Origin: Patellaria atrata CBS 101060
Lineage: Eukaryota
Direction: 5' to 3'
Assembly: GCA_010093705.1 (NCBI GenBank)
Contig: MU006098.1
Coordinates: forward strand, 169,981-233,980
DNA length: 64,000 bases
Numbering within the stretch: the stretch's first letter is position 1; each line of letters starts with the position of its first letter. The translations under genes and the position numbers were made by a program. Under the pieces are notes generated by a model. The model made no database searches. It saw nothing but the letters and a program-made list of their open reading frames with translations, and had not been told where the DNA came from. Shown piece by piece: positions 51,129 through 63,812 of this stretch.

Positions 51129-52640
51129 ACTCCAGGTATCTTCTCTTGGTGAAAAACGGTGAAGGTGTTAGGTGTTTGTTTGAACGGTTCAGGCCGTACG
51201 GGTATATTTGTATCATTCTGCCAGGGTGGACAATGTGGGTTGCAGTTCTTATGACGGCATCTTGATTAAATGATATTTGCATATGGACTGTGCTTTCCAT
51301 AATGATTGTCACGGTCAGGGAGAAAGGTCAGGTCGGTTTTCTAGGTACTGCGATGTTGTTGATGCACTCCTCGACTCGTTATGAGTGGTATTTAGTGATG
51401 ATAATGGCATTTCTTTTTTCACCTCGGAATGTAATACATAAGCCGTGATGTGCTTGAGATGAAGGGTGAATACTGACGGTTTATACAAAGTGCAGGAGGG
51501 GCAGAAGGCGCGTACCGTATCTGTAATACCAACCACCACCCTTTCACTCTTATGCTTACCTTATCTTTGCAATCTGGGGATTTTGAGCCCAGTGGGTTCG
51601 CCGTGATGATCACTCATATCTATGAAACTCCTGCATACAAAAGGGGGACCTTCTTTGGACCCTTCTATTTCAGCATCACGGCAATCTTATACTTACGTAC
51701 GAATTATTTGATCTACGTTATAGAGCAAAACTTAAAGCTAAAACAATATTTTTTACCCAAAAGAGCGATCCATATCTTCCCCCTTTAAAAGACAAAGCTC
51801 GGACCCAGCTCTATCATCACAACTGCCGAAGCTCATCCATATTTCTTCCACCTCAAGCTACTTACCGTCCCTAACTCCGCAACCCCTTGTACATACAGAC
51901 AATCATGATGCTACGGTACAGCCGTAGAAAGATGAGCAAGCAATCAGGTAGGAAAAGCAAGCGGGAAAACACCTACCATACGAGTATCTTCAGTACTTTC
52001 CAACTAGCTCTACTAATCCTCATCATGAACTTCCAATCCACTCCCTCTAGTTCTACCCCTCTACCCCACCAAAACACCAAAACCCTTACTGCCGCTCTCC
52101 AGTCAATCCGTACAAGCATTTCAAGTACCTCTCTCGCATCTTTTGCATCTTCCCCGGACGCGGGATCTGGAACCGGAGGGGCTATCAGGCGGCCCAATCG
52201 CTACAGGTTGCCAGTACAATGGGAACAGCCGTAGCCGTAACTCTCTCATGCAGCATGGGGACACCCCCGAGGTGCAACTGCCGAGATCTCTGAGGCGCGC
52301 ACCCGTGCTGCAGCACTGATAATACCTTAGACGTTATACGTTATACGTTAGAGGTGCAGGTAGGATCGAGATACGCTTGCTGCGTGAATGTATTGCCGAC
52401 TGCGCGGGAGTTGGGGGTTGGGTAATTTGACACTTTGGTGGGTTTGGATAGGACCTGGTATAGAAGGTAGGGGGTGCTTATTTCATTTCTCTCTGCCTTT
52501 GATTTTTATTTCATCGCCGTTTTTGTGTCACTCTTACTTTTGAGTCCGAGTGAATCGGAATAGTTGGGATAAGTGTTCTGTTTTGGCATTGACGTCGTTG
52601 CCTTTTTTCTGGCTGAGGGCTTCAACAACATCTGAGCATA

Positions 52641-54446
52641 ATGCTTCTTACAGAGATCCTCAAATTTGCGCTGCGGTACTGGTTCGTTGTCATCCCAGCG
52701 GTGATAACAGGCTGGTTGTTGAAGAATAAATACAATCGTGGCTTAAACAAGTACCCAGGACACTGGCTTGCAGCATATACAGACTGGTGGCGCTTCTGGG
52801 ATGTGTGGCATAGGAAAACAGAGAAGACACATTTGAAACTTCATCGCGAGTTGGGAGATGTGATTAGGTTGGGGCCGAATACGCTGTCATTTGCAGATCC
52901 AAAGGCTATCAAGGTAATATATGGGTTGAATAAGGGATTCACAAAGGTAGGAACGCGAGAGATTCGGTCCCAAACCCTCAAGACCATATCATTGACTGAG
53001 ATGACAGTCTGAATTTTACCCCGTCCAACAAGCCGTTTCCAAGGGACAACGTCTGCCTTCTCTCTTCTCAACAACCGACGAGGATTACCATTCCAAGTAT
53101 CGACGATGCGTTAACAATGCTTTTGCAATGAGCTCTCTCGTTTCCTTCGAGCCCCTCGTCAACAAAACGATCAATGTCTTCCTCGACCAGACTGGGAAGA
53201 TTTTCGCTAGTACCGGCAAGAGTTGCAATTTCAACCAATGGCTTCAGTTCTTCGCCTTCGATGTCATTGGAGACCTGACATGGAGCCGGCGGATTGGATT
53301 CGTGGAGCAGAACGAGGACGTTGACGGTATCGTCAAATTCATTGGCGATTTCTTGAGCTATGCCGCACCGGTATGCTCATTCTACATTCGTACACGCCCA
53401 TAGCAAACTCTAACCCTTCTCCTCTATCTAGGTCGGGCAAATGCCCCTCCTCGATCTCGTCTTCAAGAAAAACCCCATCTTCATGCTCTCCCAAAAATGG
53501 GGCTTGAACAACACAATCTTCCCCGCAACCCGCTTCGCCCTTGCCCGCTCCGCCGAACGCGCTGGCGAGATGGATAAAGTGCGCGAAACCGGCCTTCCGC
53601 CCCCTTCCTCGAAAGGTACTACCGACAATCCCGGCGGCATCGATCTCCTGACCCGCTTCACGCAGGCCCAACACGCGCACCCGGAGTTCATGACCGACAG
53701 AGAGGTTCTGACAGCGTGCGTGAGCATGGTGTTCGCGGGGAGCGAAACGACAGCGATCAGTCTAAGCACAGTATTCTACATGCTCGTGACGCATCCGCGA
53801 GTCTACCAAAAGCTGATGGAGGAAATCGAAAATGCGGTCCGAGACGGCGGCATCGAACCCCGCGAGACTGGCACCGTGTCCTGGGGCGAGAGCCAGAAAC
53901 TCCCCTACCTCGACGCCGTCATTCAGGAATGTTTTCGCGTCCATCCCGCCGCTGGTCTCATCGTCGAGCGCGTGGTCCCTAAGCAGGGCATCGAGATCTG
54001 CGGCCGCTTCGTCCCCGGCGGCACCATCGTCGGGTGTAATGCGTGGGTGCTACACCGTCGACCGGAGATCTTCGGCGAGGACGTCGACGTGTTCAGGCCC
54101 GAGAGGTGGCTGGAAGCCGATGCGGCGAAGCTGAGGGATATGAAGGCGACGATGTTCCAGTTTGGTGCGGGCGCGAGGACGTGTATCGGGAAGAATATCA
54201 GCCTTTTGGAGATTTATAAACTCGTGCCGAGTTTTCTGAGGAGGTTCGAGGTGAGTCTCAGCCCTGGAATCTCTTTTTACGTCTGGAATGGAGAGAGGAG
54301 AGTTAGAGCAGTGTGCTAATGAGTTTGTGCGGTAGATTTCCCTCGTCGACCCGACGAAACCGTGGCGGCTACATAACGCGTGGTTCGTCAGGCAGCTAGA
54401 CTTTAACGTCAGGTTTACGGCGAGGAGGGTGCAGGCGACTGTTTAG
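52641..54446 (+). CDS. Cytochrome P450 monooxygenase (pisatin-demethylase-like group)
   Basis: N-terminal anchor, I-helix 'AGSETT', ExxR 'ECFR', 'FRPERW' and heme motif 'FGAGARTCIG'. Introns 52947-53007, 53371-53431 and 54251-54335. Confidence 0.93.
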
Positions 54447-55028
54447 ACTGCATATACGGGTCCTTGTAGCTGGAAACGGGAGGGGGAGGATGGTAGCTGG
54501 GTGCTGTATGTAAGCCAGAAACACCGAAGGGACTCGGGATATTCTTATCCCTTTTCTCTTCCTTCCTTCCTTTTTCTTCATCGCTTTGCATCAGATTCAA
54601 GTGTGATGCTTTATCACGAGCTTCGTGGAGTCGTTCGTCAAAAGAGGCTTGCAGCATATTTCTCCCTTCTTTGAAACTAGGAAGTGCGAATCAAACTCAA
54701 ATTATCATACCGACGTGACTCATTATTAACTTATTGCCCACAGCTCTCCATTCGTTCTTATGTACCGGATGCGTCCGTCCCTAATGGGCGTATAAACTGG
54801 CTGGGACTGAAGCATGGTGTAGCGTACAGTACAGTAAAGAGGAGTATGGTATAGTACAACCGCACAATCGCCCCCAACACACATTCACCACCTCATACAC
54901 GTCGAGAAAAAGTGACGGTACCCATCTCCTCTGTGGCTAAGGTAACTCCTGTACTGTACCCCTGCGCTACACTACACTACACTACTCCTCCATATCGCAT
55001 ACCGTACTACTCCCCATCATGTTCCAAG

Positions 55029-55209
55029 GTACAGTACAGTACAGTACAGTACACAGACCCTTCCAAACCCGACTCATATCGTAGTTCCACAATCGGATAC
55101 CAGATAACATATCAGCATCAAACTTCCTCCCATCAGAACGTCTCACCACTTTACCTTACCTTCCTCTACCCTAAAGATGCTAGAGTACGGTACGGTACGG
55201 TACGGTACG
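55029..55209. repeat. Pentanucleotide microsatellites (GTACA)5 and (GTACG)5
   Basis: GTACA x5 at 55029-55053; GTACG x5 at 55185-55209. Confidence 0.85.
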
Positions 55210-55437
55210 ACAGATACGTAAAGGTTCGGTTGTAAGGTAGGGTTGGATGGGTAGATTACGTATCCCGCATTGGGTGTCCGCTATGTACAATATCGTACGA
55301 AACGAACATAAAAACATAAACGTGCACGGGAAAAAAGGGGACGACAGATATGTTCCCTCCCTCCGACTCATCGAGGGCGCAATATCTGCAACCGCAGCCA
55401 TGGGATACGTACGAAGATCGTGAGAAGCGGGAATCGA

Positions 55438-55537
55438 NNNNNNNNNNNNNNNNNNNNNNNNNNNNNNNNNNNNNNNNNNNNNNNNNNNNNNNNNNNNNNN
55501 NNNNNNNNNNNNNNNNNNNNNNNNNNNNNNNNNNNNN
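55438..55537. other. Assembly gap (100 N)
   Basis: Run of N; the true length is unknown. Confidence 1.
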
Positions 55538-55730
55538 AAAAGGCTGAAGCGGTATAGAACCTGAAAAGAACACCTCCATTGCAGAAAGAAGAAGAAGAGG
55601 AAAAAGGAAATGAAATAACAGGTTAAGCAAATAACCACCTCATGTCGAAAATAGTAGGTAGAAATCCCCCCGGGCTCCCCAATTCTCTACCCAACTGTGC
55701 AAAACAGAAACATACATAAAAAGAACCACA

Positions 55731-58700
55731 TTACCTATCCGTCGGACTAACAATGGCCGAATTCCCTCCCCTCGCTTTAAACAAGCCATTTTCATCAAAT
55801 CCATCGCCTCCAATATCCTCCAACACCTTCTGCTCCAATGCTATATCCTTAGTCTTCGCAGCTACTTCACTCTCACCCACATCGTTCAGCTCCCCCTGCG
55901 TCCCACCCCCCTTCTCCTTCCCAGCTCTTTCCACAGCACCGACACCCATATCCATCGCCACGACGCCCGCCGCAGCAAGCACACTACTCTTATCCAGTGG
56001 TTCCGTGCCCTCAAACCCCCCAAGCATCTCTTTCCACTTCCCCTTGGTCCTGATACCCGTAAGCTCCGCCTCCTCGACTATAGCGGCCGTAGGATCAAGT
56101 TCGTTCACGGTAGGATGATGAGTCTGGGTCGGCGAAACTTCACCATCATCTTGCTTCCGCGTCGCAGTAGGCGAAGCATCCTCCTCAATCCCGGCCGGTT
56201 CGAAATTCTCCTTTCGCGGGGGGAAAGCCGGCATAGGCGAAAGCACGCGCTCATCGCTTCTTTCAATCTTTTCAGCCTCAACTCCTCTCCTCTCTTCCGG
56301 CGAAGATATCGGGGGTGACGGTAACTTCGCCGCAGTCTTAACCATCTCCCTCGTAGTCGGTACACTTTCATGTTTCCTCAGCGCGAGGGCGGGACCGCTT
56401 CTCAAATGTTCGATCTCGACGAGAGAGGAGCGACGGAGTTGTTCGAGTTGCTGTTCCGGGTTCTTTTTAACCGGGAACGGGACGGTCAGCTTCTTATTCC
56501 ACTTTTCGTTTTTCGCGGAAAATAGCAGAAAAGAAGCAAAAAGATTGCGATTGCGACGAATATGCAAAAGGAGTGGGATTACAGGTAAGTCGCGCTGAAT
56601 TAATGATGATTTGGGTATCAAAGTCGAAGTACATATGGGGTATAAGTTTGTTGTACATAGGTCGAGCAAACTCAGTGAAAGACGCGTGTGGCTGGACGAG
56701 AGCGAGCAGGAGCAGAGAGAGACTCGAGAGGAGCGCGGCCAAGCTGTTCAAAAGTGAGAGGTGGAGGTGAAGAAGAAGGTTCGGCTTTGATTTCAGCAGG
56801 AGCTTCAGGTACAGGCGGTGCAATGAGAGATTTGAGATTCTCATCTGCACTTTCTGTACCTTTCACTTCACTGCTAATAATCAAGGTAGGCTCCACCTCT
56901 AGTATCTCAGCAAGTGTCGTAGCATTTGATACGGTCGAACTTGACCTTCGCTCGTGTGGCTTTGGCTCCTCTTCTTGTCTCACCTCTGCTTCCTTCTTTA
57001 CTTCCTCTTCTTTTACAGTCTTCTCCTGGGCCACAACCACCTCTGTCTCCGTCTTCTCACTCGTCTTCACTCTGCTCCCTACAAATCTCGCAAACGAAGA
57101 AGCATCAGAAGTAAACCCGCAATTAGGACATACCCAATCAATCTGATCCGGAACCCCCTCCGCGCCTGGCAGCTCTCCTGCCTCATCTCTATCATCTCCC
57201 CAGAATGTGGGTCGTCGAATTGGAGCTGGCGTAACGGGTAAGCTCGGTCGCTCGTCCGCGGAGGGGAAATCCGTCAATATCAGACTCTCGCGCCGTAGTT
57301 GTCTGTTGGATGCCTTGGTACCAGGAATGGAGCTTGGGGATAACACACCTTCAAGACCGCTAGGTAGAGGACCTGGGTGGGGTTTCCCGCGCCTTTCATG
57401 GGCATGTTTGACCGCGCGGACGTAAGAGTCAATACCAGGTACTGCGTCCCATGCATTTTTACTTTGGGTGAATGCCTGCCAGGGGTCTTCATATCGCGGG
57501 GACGTAATAGAGGGTGAAGAAGATGAATCAGCTTGGCTTGTCGATGAACCTTCTTCACTAATGGATTCAGGCCCTGGTTGCGGTGGTGGTGGAAGGTCTT
57601 CAACAAATACTCGGGTTGGTTTTGGCCGGTTGGAATCTTGCTCCCAAGGGAATATTGGTTTCGGGGGTTCATATTTCGGGGCTGGCTTTTCTTCCGGAAC
57701 TTCATACCACATATCCTTTGGAGGTTCCGGGTATGATTGGGGTGCATGGAAGAGCTCTTTATCGTCACTGAAGGTGTATTGCTGAGTTGGGAAATGTTCT
57801 GCTTCAGGTTTGGACTCTGGAGGAGGAGCCGACCTAGCACATGTTAGCAGATAGTACAAATGAGAAGTTCAATTTGATCTACCGTGTTGCATCCCACTCC
57901 ATTTGGGGCGCTGAAAATCTTCGCTGTTCTACCGTAGGTACAGGCTGGGTATGCCCAGTTTCAATGTTATCCACCACCTCACCTGCTTCTGAAAATGGCG
58001 TTTCAGTCTGTGGTGGAGCTTCCGGTTCCCCGCTCTGTGGTTGGGAAGTTAAGTGTGATATTGATGAGTATCCATAGTCGGTATTTGTACTTTCACCAAC
58101 AACATGCTGTTGTACAATTAACGAGGAGTGCGATTCTTGTGAAGTTTGGGAGTGTTGAGAATAATGAGACGAATCAGATGGTTGAGATGGGTGATGCTGC
58201 TGATGTTGTTGATGCAATTGGTAAGACTGTTGTGATGGACCCTACAACTCGTCAGAATACCTCCATGATTATTTACGCAATTCACATACCCTCGACTTTA
58301 AATGCTTATCATAGACAGCCCACCACCTCCCAAGGAGCTCATTATACACACCTGAACCCCCATTACCACCACTCTGCCTACCTTTTGTCCATGGCTTGTC
58401 CTTTCCGATGAAATGAACCATAGCAATATCTCGCTTGAAGTATCGATATGCTGGTTCCCACTGGTATTGTGCATTCGGCGTACAATTATAAGTAAAGCTT
58501 AACCGATGCCAATCCTTATGCTCATAATACTGGTTGAGCAATCCCTGATCGGCACCATCGAAGCTATCACCAGCCGATGCCAAAGTTTTTAAGGCCCAGT
58601 ACTCCCCCATATCCGGTTTTATCACCATTACACCGGTATTGAAGCAATCAGGCCAGCCCACGTCGGGGGCTGCTGCGAACGAGGCATCGATGTCGAATAA

Positions 58701-59261
58701 TTCGTCAGGAGCTCGTAATGCAACAACATCCGCGTCGATGTAGACGATCTTGCGGAATTGCGTCTGCCGCCAGAGAGCTATCTTGGTGAAGGCGTAGGCA
58801 AGGTCCGCACGGTCCATGAGGTAGAGGTTCTTCAGGTTTGGTGTGCGGATACGGTCGACGGGTATTATGTAATCGTATAGGTCCTGTGGAATTGTATCAG
58901 CATCAACTGTTTGTAGTGATCGTGAATGATTCTAGCTTACTTTGAGGGCGGTGATGGTATCGGTGGAGAGGTTGTCGAGTGTCACCAAAACGGCCAGCTT
59001 CTTACTGGTTCTAGCATCTCGCAGAGAGTGTGCTAGAACGGCAGCACCTATGCAATTATTAGACTACTTGATGGTTATCAATTGGAAGAGAGAGATAGAA
59101 CATACCAGGTAAATAGGAATCGCTCATGAGAAGCTGTTTGTCTCATCAGTCACGTCGACTCCCCAATGACAATATCAATTGGGATGATGCAAGATTGGGC
59201 GGATGAGGTGGTGCAGGACTGGACATACCGTAATATACACATCCTCACCATAGCCCGCCAT
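55731..59261 (-). CDS. GLG1: Glycogenin (glycosyltransferase family 8) with long C-terminal extension, multi-exon
   Basis: 'MAGYGEDVYIT|LLMSDSYLPG|AAVLAHSLRDA..|DLYDYIIPVDRI..AFTKIALWRQTQFRKIVYIDAD..FNTGVMV..SFDGADQGLLN..HFIGKDKPW'. Later exons have 'IFPWE', 'NAWD', 'PSLPVTPAP' and 'GVPDQIDW|NPEQQLEQLRR'. Confidence 0.93.
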
Positions 59262-60366
59262 GATAGGCAAGCGTGGTCTGAGAACGACTTTCTAAAGAAG
59301 GAAAGAAATGTGGAAGTGAACAAGGAAAGTAGAAAGGGAAAGGACGGAGACAGAAGTAGCGACGGACTGGAGTTAAATGACGATGAAGATTGCAGTGATC
59401 AGTGAGTGATAGCTCAACTTGGGAACTTGCAGCTAGTGCGCGAAGTTGTAACAGAGAGAGCTAGCGCCACTCTCTGCCCAGCAAAGTAGTTCTAGGTAGA
59501 AAATGCTTCCCCGCGTGAACCGGCGAGAGAAAAGGTGATCCAACAACTTGATGAGTAAAACCTCACTCACTCTTCACCAGAACGGTAAAACCGTATCAAT
59601 GATAAAGAGAAGATACAATACAGTTTCAGACGAAATTCTCAAAACCAAGAATTCGGGGCTTGATAAGTGAGTGCAAGTGCAGTCAACTTCGAAATTGGAT
59701 GGGTCCACGAGCTGTCCCTTTCGAGGTTGGTAGCACGGTCAGAGCTTCCCCTTTGCCGCCTTATCCAAAGTCTTCGAAATGGGCTGTTATGGTCACTGAC
59801 GGGTCGGTTTCCTCCTGTCAGTTGACAGGACCCCGCAGTGATCAACAACCCCCACCTCCGAGCTTAGGAATTGAATGACGGAGCTACGAATCGTCGTCAT
59901 GCCACTATCGACCATGTGCTCTCTTTCGATTCTCGACTGGAAAAATGTTGGACCCTGAGGCTCATCGGAGCAGTTCGAGGAACTTACAACGGAAAGTACT
60001 TCTCATATTATCGCACGTACCTCTGTATTGTGGCATAGGACCACCAGACGAGAGTGTTGAATGGAACAGTAATTGAATCGATTGAATCGATTGAATTGAT
60101 TGGAGCTATCCAAAGTATATATAGTAGTACTGTCACCTGTCCCTCATGGAATTGATAGCACCATACATATTCCGAAAAAGAGTATCCGGCTTGCCGTGAC
60201 ATATCGTAATTGTACAGTACAGTACAGTACAGTTCGAAAGGAAAATCATTTACACCCCTATCTCCCCTCAAGCGCCTTGAAACCCGTCCTCAAATACACT
60301 GTCATCATCATCATCATCATCATCATCAATTCTCGAGACAGTGCTTCCTGGTTGGTCAATGATCGT

Positions 60367-61890
60367 TCATCGCTCAACCGTCACTTTGGCATTCGACCTC
60401 GTATCTTCCAATCTCTTCTTCAAGCTTCCTTTCTCTCCTTCCAGCGACCATGTGATGGACTCTAGAAGTACATCGATTCCCTCTTCTTCACATGGTAGCC
60501 AGTGTCCCGTTCGCGGTAATGTCACTATCTGGCTTCCACGGGGAATGTAATCACTTAGGCCCTCCAAGATCATGGTCGGTTCGAAGGCGAGATCTTTGAG
60601 TCCAAATAGAAGTGTCGCTCGTGCCTTGAGAGCTCCCTTGGGTCCATCCTCGAAGATGCCTACACCACTACTATTTCGCCTTCGATGTCCCTGTGATTCG
60701 AGCGTGCTGAGTTCAGCCAATGTTTCCAGCGATTTCTCCCATCGGCCAAGTGCCAGCTCGTCACGGTAATAACGGACCATCTCTAGAAATACTCCGTGTT
60801 TCGCCCGTGATTTTGCTCCTTCAGGATAGCCGTCGCCAGTACACTCGACAAGACTAGGACCTAGACTTCCAGCCATGGATTCTGCACCCGCTGCACCTTC
60901 AAGAAACGTCTTGCTTCGTGCTGCCGCCCGATGCATGACTCTGAGGAGCCAGTTGTTTCCCATGGTGCCGCATCGATCCGCAATTGGTTTTGGAAGCCTG
61001 AATGCAAATATGTAACCCGATCGATTCAGCTGTGAGAGTACCGGTGACAGAGTGGACCACGCTTTACCTAGCAATCGAGTAGATGTAGGTTTATGAGCCC
61101 ATGTTCGTAGCATTTGGGATGAGGAAGCCAATCGACCCTTGACACCAGATATCATAGCGTTGGGCTAAACATATTGCGATCAGTATATGCACATATGTCT
61201 TCCATTGAACGCTTACATGCATCACGCAGGTAATAATGAATCGATCCGCAAGCGAAGGTGCCTCTGCCGCGAGTCTGTATCCTACTACGCTTCCCCAATC
61301 GTGCGTTACGATTACTACCCGGCCTCGTTCTTTGGGTGAGATTTCTCCATCCAGAAGATATTTCTCCCTCATGCCTAGTACGAACCCAGTCATTGTCTCC
61401 ATGACATTTTCAGCATTGTACACCGGGAGATTATCACTACCTCCGTAGCCTGGTAAGTCCACAGCTACGAATACACTATCATCGGCCAACCTAAGTCGGG
61501 AAGACCTAAGAACATGTTGCCAGACTACCCAGCTATCAGGGAAGCCGTGAATGAAGATGACAAGGTTCGTTCTAGTCGAAGTATTCTTGGGAGGACCGGT
61601 TGTAACATAATGCAACTTTGTACCATTGTTCAAGGTGAAGAATCCATGCTTGAGGCCAAAGGGAGACTCGTTCAAACTCCAAAATTTGTGCTGAGCTACC
61701 CGTGAGATGATTTTAGCATTTTGTTAGGAAGAGAATGGAGGGTAGAAGTACCAGCAGCGAGCTCCTTTCTGACTTTATCAGAGGGTTTGCTAAAGAAAGC
61801 TCCATCCTTCAGAGCAATTGCAGCATAGATGGTGAAATTGAATAGGCCATAGAGCGTACTTGCAACTCGCAAGACAAACTTAAGAACCAT
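60367..61890 (-). CDS. Alpha/beta-fold hydrolase, epoxide-hydrolase-like
   Basis: 'FIHGFPDSW..W', 'AVDLPGYGGSD', nucleophile elbow 'HDWG', catalytic His in 'TGHW'. Three exons (ORFs 61696-61890, 61091-61675, 60367-61155). Confidence 0.88.
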
Positions 61891-62702
61891 GTTGTGCTTA
61901 GAAGCTTACCGCAAGCTCAATTCTCAAACTTGACGGCGGGGTATTTCTACATTCAACCCCAGGAAAGAGAGCAACAAACGTCGTCACAGTGGTCTGAATA
62001 GTACGGAATGTTTGATGCTGAGGGAGTTGGAGGTTCAGATAAGAAAGGCGCGGATGAGGTCGCACCATAAGGAGACAGTCATGGAGGATGGAGGATGGCA
62101 GTGCGTCTGGTAGGGTGTCCCGTCACGGGTGAGCACATGAGCTTTGAGCGATGAGCAACAGTGGATCTCAATTTCGTGCCATAGGAGTAAGTGCGATCAC
62201 TGCGATCAATTGCTTGATTCATTGTAGAGCACCACTTGAGCCAGCAAGAAGGATTGGAGATTGAAGAGTTTCTCGCCCCCGAATGCCTGATGACCCCTCG
62301 TCCTTCCCACTGAAACTGATCAGCCCTTTAGCTTGACCCCACATATTACCATCTCATCTAGTGGGCCGAATAATGGAAGTACCATATTCTCGTGCTCAGT
62401 CTACCCTACCATGACAACCGACCCCACGCTACCTACCTTAGGTATATCTCCCTTCTACGAGAAAATCTAGGAATACGGATATTAAGCTACTCCTGGAATA
62501 AATTACGGTAGTACTCCGAAGCCTTTATATCTGATTCATATTCGCTCTTTTCGGTGCAAAGAAACTGCCTTCGGTACTGACAGTCTGTATCAAGAATGTA
62601 CCATTGATTTTGAACATATTATGAGCCTTTTGCGTTGGTGGGCGTGGATTTTCCATATCGGTGTTGTCGAATCGCATATCATCCAGTGCACATCTACTCG
62701 CC

Positions 62703-63573
62703 TTACTTACTGCCTAAGCCCAAAATCTTCCTTCCTATCTCACTCACCTTTATCACATCCCTATATGTCAAACTTATCCTAGTTCCCCTCTCTAAACGCC
62801 CGACTCCTTCCTCAATTGTTCGCCTCGTCTCCTCGCTCAGCATTTCCCAATTGGCAACGGTCGATGGGCCGAGTGTCTCATCAAAATTGACAGCCGAAAT
62901 TCCGTGGAGAAGATCCCGATACGAGGAACCGATAGTAACCAGGAGGGAACCGGGTTCTTGAAAGATACGAGTAATTTGAATGCGAGAGCTGGGTGATTTG
63001 TCTTCTCTGGCATTCTCACTCCGCGCTACCCCTTTACTATAGATGTCCAGCACTCCGTACGCGTCTAGTGTGATCGTAGCAACCACCGGCGCATATGCAC
63101 TACCGTCTTCATGTGGCATTATCCCTTCCCCAGGCTTGTACTCATTGATGAGGACGTGGTTTGGGGCTCTATGAGGAGAGTTGTTGAATACTCCTAGTTC
63201 CTCAAAGCGAGATGCAACAGACGCTGTGGTGGTAAGCCAGCTCGGAAGGGGTGCAGCGAGAAGGGTTGACGTGGCGGTTAAGGGTGAAGGATGGGTTTGG
63301 AGTCGTCGGTGACTGAGGTGGGTCCAACGGTTTGGAGGAATCTGTTGAGCGGAATTAGTAAGACTGAGAAAATAGAGAAAAATTCTCGCGGAAGTAAGAG
63401 AAGTAGAAGTAGATATGCTGGGGTGATTACGTTGCCTTTTGGGTAATGAGTGACTGTTCTTCGGTAGTGAGAAAGGCGGGAATGTAATAGAAGGATGGAA
63501 GAAGGGAGGGGATTCGGAAAGTTTCAAGAGCATCATGGCAGTTGGAGGCAGCATGGGAAGACGATTCCATCAT
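62703..63573 (-). CDS. ALKBH6: 2OG-Fe(II) dioxygenase, AlkB homolog 6
   Basis: 'FYYIPAFLTTEEQ..QK|IPPNRWTHLSHRRLQ', 'PNHVLINEYKPGEGIMPHEDG.AY.PVVATI', 'LHGI' and 'RISLTYR'. One intron, probably 63342-63435 (GC-AG). Confidence 0.9.
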
Positions 63574-63812
63574 GGCAGTACTTTTGGGGTGGAATGAAAT
63601 TGAATAAATTATGGAAGACAAAGATGAGAAGAGCAGAAGACTGGGAGCTTGGGATGTCCAGTGTTGTTTTTAACGCGAGTCATGTTCCTTTTTGCCCCAC
63701 TTTCATCATCAACAAGCGGGAAGACTGAGCGGTGGGAATTTGACAGAAACACGGTTCCTCACTCCTAAACTATATCCACTTGTGTGCTCATCCTACTACT
63801 TCTTACACTGTA

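Noticed and set aside
55180..55638. ORFs spanning the N run
   Set aside because: Artefacts of the assembly gap.
56465..56669. Separate 312-aa gene starting at 56669
   Set aside because: The downstream part is the last glycogenin exon (NPEQQL...), and the first ~69 codons are intron sequence.
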